Below are positions 49,830 through 56,892 of a DNA stretch of 56,892 nt, one piece after another. This stretch comes from Girardia tigrina. Its lineage: Eukaryota. Location: positions 1 to 56,892 of the forward strand of contig MQRK01214093.1 in the NCBI GenBank assembly GCA_001938485.1, written 5' to 3'. The notes beneath the pieces were generated by a model. That model ran no database searches, was not told where the DNA came from, and saw only the letters and a program-made list of their open reading frames with translations. Each line of letters starts with the position of its first letter. Within the stretch, counting starts at the first letter, position 1. The position numbers were made by a program, and so were the translations under genes.

Positions 49830-50447
49830 ATGCAACAAGTTCCTGATGTAAATGAAGAGAGAGATAGTGTCTCTAATCTTATTAAAAAGTTTAGTAAATT
49901 TGATAGTTCTATACCCACGCCTCAAGTCATTAGAAAACCAAGAACCGAATCATTTAAAAATGAAGCATCTTATTTCAGAAGGGAATCACATTGTACTAAT
50001 TTAACTGGATCAACAGTTACTCACAGTCAATATTCTTCTGCCGTACACGAAAAGACACAAAATACCTGCAGTTCTAGATCAAACAATTTTACTGATTTTT
50101 CTTCAACTTGTTTTGACAGAATTCAGCAATCAGTTCAAACCCGGTCCTCTTGTTCTCAATTACACAGTAATGAGAATCAAAATTATGCTTCTCATTCTCA
50201 ATTACTCCCTATTGCGAGTCAAAATGACAATTCATTTAACAATTGTCAACTCATCGACAATCGAAATGTGAACCCCATTTTTCGAGATTTCAATACTAAA
50301 GAGAACTGTAAGTCAATAATGGTACAACATCACCAAATGCAGCAGTCAATGTTCAAGGTACATAATGACATTGTAAATCAAAATCTTCAACAACATCGTC
50401 TTATACAAGAATCTATGGAAGAAGCTCGTAGAAAGTTTTTCTACTAA
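49830..50447 (+). CDS. Orphan family copy 3 (one repeat unit, S/N/Q-rich middle, EEARRKFFY end); the most complete member
   Basis: 205-aa uninterrupted ORF. Its 5' flank is shared with copy 1; its tail and about 200 bp of 3' flank are shared with copy 2 (15110-15380). Confidence 0.7.
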   Translation: MQQVPDVNEERDSVSNLIKKFSKFDSSIPTPQVIRKPRTESFKNEASYFRRESHCTNLTGSTVTHSQYSSAVHEKTQNTCSSRSNNFTDFSSTCFDRIQQSVQTRSSCSQLHSNENQNYASHSQLLPIASQNDNSFNNCQLIDNRNVNPIFRDFNTKENCKSIMVQHHQMQQSMFKVHNDIVNQNLQQHRLIQESMEEARRKFFY

Positions 50448-51654
50448 CATTTTCATTAATGAAAAATGTTTAGCAAGAAATGTTTGTCGAATAAATTTTG
50501 ATTTTCAATAGATATTTGTATATTCAGAACTTCGTAATTTCTTGGCGCATTCTTAGTAATTTCTATACAAAACTGGTAATAAGAAAAATTTTAGTGATGT
50601 GTTTTGTGCGACTATTATTTTGAAATCATTGTGTATAAAATAGTTTTCCTTTACCTTATTTTGTTTTACTTTTTCTTATTATATTATACACTTTAATCCT
50701 CTATAATAGCTAAAATTAAACTCGATTAAAGTTATTCCTAGTTTCCTTTCCTTGTCTTCTACAGCAAAAACCAAGAGGTTCCTGGAGAAGGATATGATCG
50801 TCAATGCATAATTTTTACTTTGTTATTTAATTATTTTGATACTTGGAAATGAATTTTCTAGAAAGCACAAGCAAAATATTAGATTTTCATTTTTTCTATT
50901 ACATATTAAATGATAATACTGAAAGTCTCAAAACATTCATTAGGTTGTTCTTCCAACTTTAAATATATAATGAGAACCACAATTCAATATATTTTATAAA
51001 ATAAAGAAAATCCAAGTCATGATTTATTTGGTCAATCATTTGTTTTGTTAAGTATTAGTTTAATAATCTCTGACTTATCTTCCCTTCAGGGACATATTTG
51101 TAGAGCCAACAATCATTTTAAACTTACTAGTTCAAATTCGATAATTCGAATCATTTAATGGAACATTAAGAACAGTATTTTTTTATCATTTTGCCCTTCC
51201 GTGTCAGAGTTTATAAAAATAATTTTCCACAATAAATAAATTGATACACCAAAACAACTCATAGAAGTTTCTGAGAAAAATTTATAAATGACTGTTATAT
51301 TCTTTCTAAATTTTTTTTAAAAAAATATTCATGAAATATATTATTAAATCTGAAATCGCAACAATTTAGTTGCATTCTGATCGTAAAAACTGATGAATTT
51401 TATATTTATGGGTTACCTTCCCAATGCCCAAACGACTCACATGATTTAATTTGCAAGATGTTTTAATTTTCGAATGATGTCCCCAACATATGCCTTAGTT
51501 ACTTCAATTAATACAGAAATTCCGGTATTATGAGATAGCAGTAAAATCAGTTTTGGCAAGTATAACTAAGTTATTGCCCATTTCTAGGTTATCTAGATGA
51601 ATTATGCATCGATGTATCATTTATCAAAGGTAAGGACAAGTTTAAAATCAATTC

Positions 51655-52595
51655 TGTTGTGAATTGTTTTTCTCGAATGAATTTTTCGCATTTTATTTTG
51701 TTTCTTTGTTAAGAGTAATAAGTATTTTTGTTCGCTAGTGTAAAGGATTTCCTAATTTTTTAAAGGGCCACTTTGCACGAGCAAATGAAAACAGAAAACA
51801 ATTTATTTACAGTACGTTTCTAATGTTCTCCGAATTGTGATTATTTAACAAATCTCCAATATTTCTACTACACTTTCCCTTGATTTCAATGCACAAACGC
51901 ATACGCCACCTGTACACTGGAGAGTCACGTTCTTCTCTGGTGGTATCACTCCTATACACACGTAAACTGCAAATCTCGTCAGCCGAAAGGTTTCTCGATT
52001 CAGCCTTTGTTGCCGCACTTCGTTGGATTGAGTCTGGCTGCTTTTAACGGCGTCCGTTGTGCAATTTAATGTCTGCTCGTCTTCCTGGTTGCCTGTTATC
52101 CGCCATCTGGGAACCATTCGCAAACTCGATAGTCAATCAGCTGGCATTATTGATCCGTTCTCGAGCACGCGTCTGATGTGTGACACGTGGAACGAGACCC
52201 CGTCAATCTAGACTTGTTGGAGTTGGCGGAATCCGCTCACGACTGCTCATCTCCTCTGATTCGTGTACGTCGTCTTCGCCGGTTTCACGAACACGGCTTT
52301 TCCTACTTGTAATTCCCTCGTCTGTATAACTCCAGTATCCTTTGGAATCTGCTCCGCAAAATTGACTGGTAGCGGCTGTCGACGCCGTTGTGCAAACACT
52401 CTGGATGCGGGAATTAAGCCCTCGCTACGACCGTTGTTGAACAACGCGTGTCGATCATTACCCTCACGGCCCTTCCCCACACGTTCTTCGGAATGAATAC
52501 CAGTTGCGTATCCAAGCTGCCAGGTCCCCCAACCGTGCAATAGTTTGTCTCACTATTCCTTTCCCGTTTAGTCGGTTTTGCTCATCAAGCACCTC
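51655..52595 (-). mobile_element. Internally deleted gypsy-type element (protease start joined to integrase tail, PPT, 3' LTR start)
   Basis: VRVMIDTRCSTT followed directly by LIPASRVF..VGKAVFVKP..IDGVSFHVSHIRR; aagggaaag then tgtagtag at 51872. LTR end uncertain. Confidence 0.65.
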
Positions 52596-52598
52596 CTT

Positions 52599-53281
52599 CT
52601 AATGTGATCCACCCGACCAAAGCCAAAACATATTTTCTGCCGTCCTATATCTTGGTTTGCGGTTCGATTGATTAATATCTTGTAAAATGCCAAAAAATTG
52701 ATGAAACCCTTCTAGTGAGAAGTCGAAATGTGGAAAATTTCTGTCACGACAAAAGATTGTCTGTCGCTGAATTTCATTTATTATATTGTCATCAAAAAAG
52801 CTCATTCACAGCTGAAACTCAGTTCTAATCAGGACAAAGATCAACTACCCTACCACGTGTTTCTCAGAGCAATTCATTTGTGAAATCATTGTGTTTTATC
52901 CATGTTGAAAATATTGAGTCATAATTTTCACTGTCATTACTGGCCACATCATCATCAAAAAATTCCGCTTCAATTTCGCCAGACACTTCATTTACTGAAC
53001 CATTGATTTCATTGAAACATTTTTCGACATTTGGGACATTAGGATCTTCACTTTCGGGGAGCAAGATAATAAAATCATTGACTCGGTTTCCGACACTGGA
53101 CATCAATAAGAGTGATAAAGTGCTGGATTAATTCGGCGGATTAATTCGTAGATTTGGTCGATAAATATAAGTATGAATCATCTAAAACACATGAAATCTA
53201 CGACTTACAAGGAAACAAATGAGCATTTAATAGAAAGCAATTTCAAATTAAAACAGCTTGACAAAATTGGTAGTGTAAATG
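52599..53281 (-). pseudogene. piggyBac (PGBD-type) transposase 5' remnant
   Basis: DFIILLP..EVSGEIE N-terminus and FFDDNIINEIQRQT..F.FS..F..FFGIL; possible TTAA-flanked end at 53281. Confidence 0.65.
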
Positions 53282-53472
53282 TTAAAGTTTTATTATTAAA
53301 TTTTTCATTACTATGACGCATTTAAAAAAAGAATAAAACACTTAAGTAGCTCACTTGGAATTGAAAAAATCAACAGATAAATAGATCGATTCAAAAATTT
53401 TGAAATTTGTACAAAAAATTTGTACAAATTTTAAACAAAATATATTTCGAATTCATAGCTGAATTCTTAATT

Positions 53473-53630
53473 ACCACAGTACAAAGTAAAAATATTCATC
53501 TCCTTTTCTCGGACGGCCATCACTCTACCAAAAGTACCGGTGCCGACTGTTCTCGATAATTCAACTTTTTCCGTGAAAATTTTGCCTTATCGAAACTGGA
53601 AGTTGAACTTTCTACATCATTGTTTATCAT
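53473..53630 (-). pseudogene. First-exon fragment of a PKA/PRKX-like Ser/Thr kinase (frameshifted)
   Basis: MINNDVESSTSSFDKAKFSRKK(fs)ELSRTVGTGTFGRVMAVREKE: kinase Gly-rich loop resembling PRKX TVGTGTFGRV..V.EK. Possible gtaatt donor follows. Confidence 0.72.
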
Positions 53631-53780
53631 TGCACATAAATTTTGTAAACAAATAGTTAATTAAATTTGTAAAATTTAAAACTCGACAATTGGCAATGAT
53701 TTTTTTTATTTTTAATCGATCACAATTCTTTATTTATCATAAAATTTCAATCCAAACAATAATTATGACATAAACACCAG

Positions 53781-53820
53781 TGGCCAATCAAAACAAAATA
53801 TTAACGAAATTGGCCAATCA
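53781..53820. promoter_or_regulatory. Tandem CCAAT (NF-Y-type) boxes
   Basis: tggccaatca twice, 31 bp apart, 150-190 bp upstream of the kinase-fragment ATG. Confidence 0.5.
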
Positions 53821-54214
53821 CATTAACCTATTAATTCAACAACCACTACGCTGTGGTTCATTACTTGAAATTATTTTTACTGCCATTTTGGAAACATTCT
53901 TTTTTCCATTTTTTTATTTATTTACTTTAATTTTTTTCAAAAACTTTCAATGAAAAATACTCCTTAAAAATTAAGTCAACCACAAAACAGTGAAAATCCT
54001 AAAAACAGTAAAACTATCAAATTATAATAAATTTATGATTCGAAATCAATTGAGTTCCATTCGATCACCTGAAATTGATGGCACAATTAGTGAACTAGAA
54101 TAACCAGAGGTGGACCAATACGTCTGAATTTATTAATTCTGATGCCCCTGATTTGTATTATTTTCGAATTTTTATTCGCTTTTATAATAATTTCATTTAG
54201 ACTATTTCTATTTT

Positions 54215-54500
54215 GTTTGTTTTTGACGAAAATATTTTTTCTCGTTCAGCTGGTTTCGAAGAGCTTTGATTTCTTTCATGTTTTCTTCATCGATATTAGT
54301 CCCTTCTTTGATTTGATTTTGAGATACTCCAACATTTTTCTCTTCATCTTTCTTTCAATACAATTTTATTAAATCAAGAGTATCATTGATTTGCTGTTTT
54401 TCATTGTTATTTTGTGTCATCGACAAATTTGACTGTGCGAGATCGGTCGTGTCATCTCCCCCCCAAAGGTGAATCAACAAACCCCTTGCTCTGCTGCCAT
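54215..54500 (-). pseudogene. Unassigned interrupted ORF (MAAEQGVVDSPLGGDD...), possibly a retroelement ORF1 start
   Basis: About 95 codons with one stop, charged and coiled-coil-like. No diagnostic motif. Confidence 0.25.
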
Positions 54501-55557
54501 TAAAATTTTTTTTAAAAGTTTAGAGATGTGGTTCTTATAGAAAAACTGAATATTTTCTAAAAATGATTTATCGTTCAAATGATGAGCCACTCGAAATATA
54601 TGTTCGTGTACATGAACACTGGAGAATGAAAGTTTCATATTTTTTTGTAGCCTACCTAATTTTTGCCCTTTCCTTTTTTATTTCAAAATTAACATTTGAC
54701 ATTAAAATGTATCAACAGACTTAGATTTAGTTTATTATTTTTTAAAGCATTTAAGATATTTCATTATGGTTTCTATAGTTGGTACTTCGTACCACAAAAG
54801 GAACTAAATAGATTAAAGAAGCAAAAACAAAAGTGTGTTTTATCAGGACGAAGTTAATATCTCAAATCGAAGCTAAAAATTAATTAAAAAGAAAAGCAAT
54901 AAATCATATAAAAAGAAAGTACGATTATTAATCAAAGATGAAAATTTTATACAGAGTAAGATAACATCTATTTATTGATCACATGCAAACATCATCGTCT
55001 TAATAAAGAGTTTTAATTTAATTAAAACTATTTAAATAATTTTTAATTATTTAATTCTCATTATGAAAATCAAGTTTGAAATTGAATCGTTAATATCGAC
55101 AAAATAATTCTGACAAAATAATGATTTTTTTATTTCATTAATCGTTATCTAATCTGAAATACAAAATTTAACCTTTCAATTTCCATTTTGTTTTATCGTA
55201 TCAATTTAATTAATCCATTTAAATTTCATTCAAACTCCATTGCATATGTTAACATTCAAAATAAAACTGATCAATATTGTATAATTTTACACCGTTTTTA
55301 CACCGTCGTACAATTTGAAAATTTGAAAGAAAGTAAAAGTAAGATCATATTTTTATATTTATCTTTCCAGTCTTCGGAATGCTAATTTGATAATTTTGAG
55401 AAAGAATTTAATCAAACCTTTTCTAAGAAATTGATTATTGAACACGTTTCAAAGTTTCATAATCCATTATAATCAATTATAATTTGTAAAATATTTAAAT
55501 ATTGATTTAAATAAAATTTATCCATTTAAGCTATATTTAACGACAATATATTTCGAC

Positions 55558-55625
55558 GGGAGCATGTCGTTTCTCCCCCGACATTTCTACTCTGACATTT
55601 CTCCTGCGATCGTTTCTCGCAGACG
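55558..55625 (+). repeat. ~14-bp tandem units (gacatttctcc..), probable DNA-transposon subterminal array
   Basis: Four degenerate units; architecture similar to the MULE end at 47669. Confidence 0.4.
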
Positions 55626-55699
55626 ATACGTATCTATGTCGATGGATCAAGCGTCAAGTTCGGGTCACTGATTAATAAATTAATGCACCTGTATATAAA

Positions 55700-56166
55700 T
55701 ACAAAAATAAAGATTATGTAAAATCTCTTAGTTACGAGACTGGAATTTATAGGAAGCAAACTGATACAGGTTTATATACTTCAGCAGACAGTTTTTGTGA
55801 ACTGAAGTATAAAAGAAATATGATTAAAGGTTTAATTTATCGCTCCTGGTCGTTGTCTTCCATTTTTGTTAAATCTGTAGAAAGTGTTAATAAACTAAGT
55901 TCCTTACTAAATCAGAATGGTTATTCTAAATTTTACTTGAAAAATTAATAAACGAAACAATCGATAAGATAATTTTGAAAGATAGTTCGAAAAGTCAGAG
56001 TATTGCTTCTCCTGATGGATCTAAGAAAGAAATCGAAGTATCATTAGATATGAATAATATGCCGATGTATTGCTTAATTGTACCTTATTCTGAAGGATTT
56101 AAGAACTTTAGAAATGCATTGTTAAAAGCAACTAACAATGAATTAAATTTTAAAAATATATCATGA
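55700..56166 (+). mobile_element. Penelope-like RT thumb/linker remnant
   Basis: TGIYRKQTDTGLY..YKRNMIKGLIYR..L.QNGY..VPYSEGFK, related to the element at 46 kb. Confidence 0.82.
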
Positions 56167-56892
56167 ATGTAGGGATTTCTTAAAATCATAAATGAAAAAT
56201 ATTTTTTTTCTGATAAAAGAAAATCATAAAAGAAAGTTAAATGTCATTGATTAGAGAGAGAATAAATATTTGTGACACGGTTTTGAAAATATAAAAAGGC
56301 ACAAATCAACAACAATTAGGAATTAGGCAATGAATTTGGTTTAACTCATTTACAAAAAAATATCGATTAATATTGCCGTTGTGTAATTTTGAATACACTT
56401 GCCTGAAGAAGATGTTAAAACACAAACCGAGCGTTGTAAATATTTATTGTGAATACAATACGTTTTGAGTTCCTCGTTATTATTTTATAAGCATTGAAAT
56501 TGAGTCACGCTCGCGTGCTGTTGTACTATCGGTCATTTCAACTTCGTTCTCTGAATTGAACGAGGAGAAAGGCTTATGAATAGATGCGTTACGGCAAGAT
56601 GGTGATCACCATTTGATTCCCGAAACGCCATCCTTAATCTGTACTCTATTTGGATTGAAGATTTTTCTTTTGAGTTCTCTACCGCAGGACAAAATCTGTT
56701 CATTCAAGACATAGCGACATTTGATGCCATCCTCGACACAATGCCTCAGCGAAGTCTCATCCCCTTCGATTACAGCGACGGAGCTACTGTAAACTGATTT
56801 AATGATCTCATAAATTAAAAGTGTGTTCAGTAATAAATCTTCTACACCTTTAACACTTTGTTCTGATAATTTTTATAAATATAAATGTGATG

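Noticed and set aside
7800-55385. Many short AT-rich or antisense ORFs (e.g. 7800, 13487, 14911, 20913, 30513, 31636, 36450, 54142, 55188)
   Set aside because: Low-complexity F/I/L/K/N composition or antisense to TE genes, with no motifs.

Overview
This is AT-rich eukaryotic (invertebrate-type) genomic DNA from a draft assembly with several N gaps. It is not prokaryotic, and I found no rRNA, tRNA or CRISPR. The taxon cannot be fixed from the sequence; a planarian-like genome is plausible but unproven. The window is mostly nested mobile DNA. (1) A ~12.4-kb interrupted palindrome (about 2221-14644). Its arms carry the same rosa-type (DD41D-like) Tc1/mariner insertion and a pogo remnant, and its ~820-bp loop holds a 3'-truncated copy of an unrecognised gene. 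(2) Three members of that intronless orphan family (start MQQVPDVN), with 1, 2 and about 6.3 copies of a 61-aa repeat. (3) A decayed Polinton/Maverick (pPolB, adenain-like protease, penton-like and other ORFs), split by a young full-length Ty3/gypsy element with LTRs, PBS, PPT and TSD. (4) Several further gypsy fragments and a solo LTR whose empty site is visible in the other palindrome arm. (5) Penelope fragments with minimal hammerhead ribozymes. (6) A triple-nested piggyBac-MITE > MULE > piggyBac-MITE. (7) Degenerate host-gene fragments: a USP14-HSP90 chimera joined at a probable microhomology and fused head-to-head to a gypsy RT, and a PKA/PRKX-like first exon with tandem CCAAT boxes. The best candidates for something undescribed are the repeat-variable orphan family, its capture in the palindrome, and the USP14-HSP90-RT chimera. 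All family assignments come from motif recognition by eye; no searches were run.
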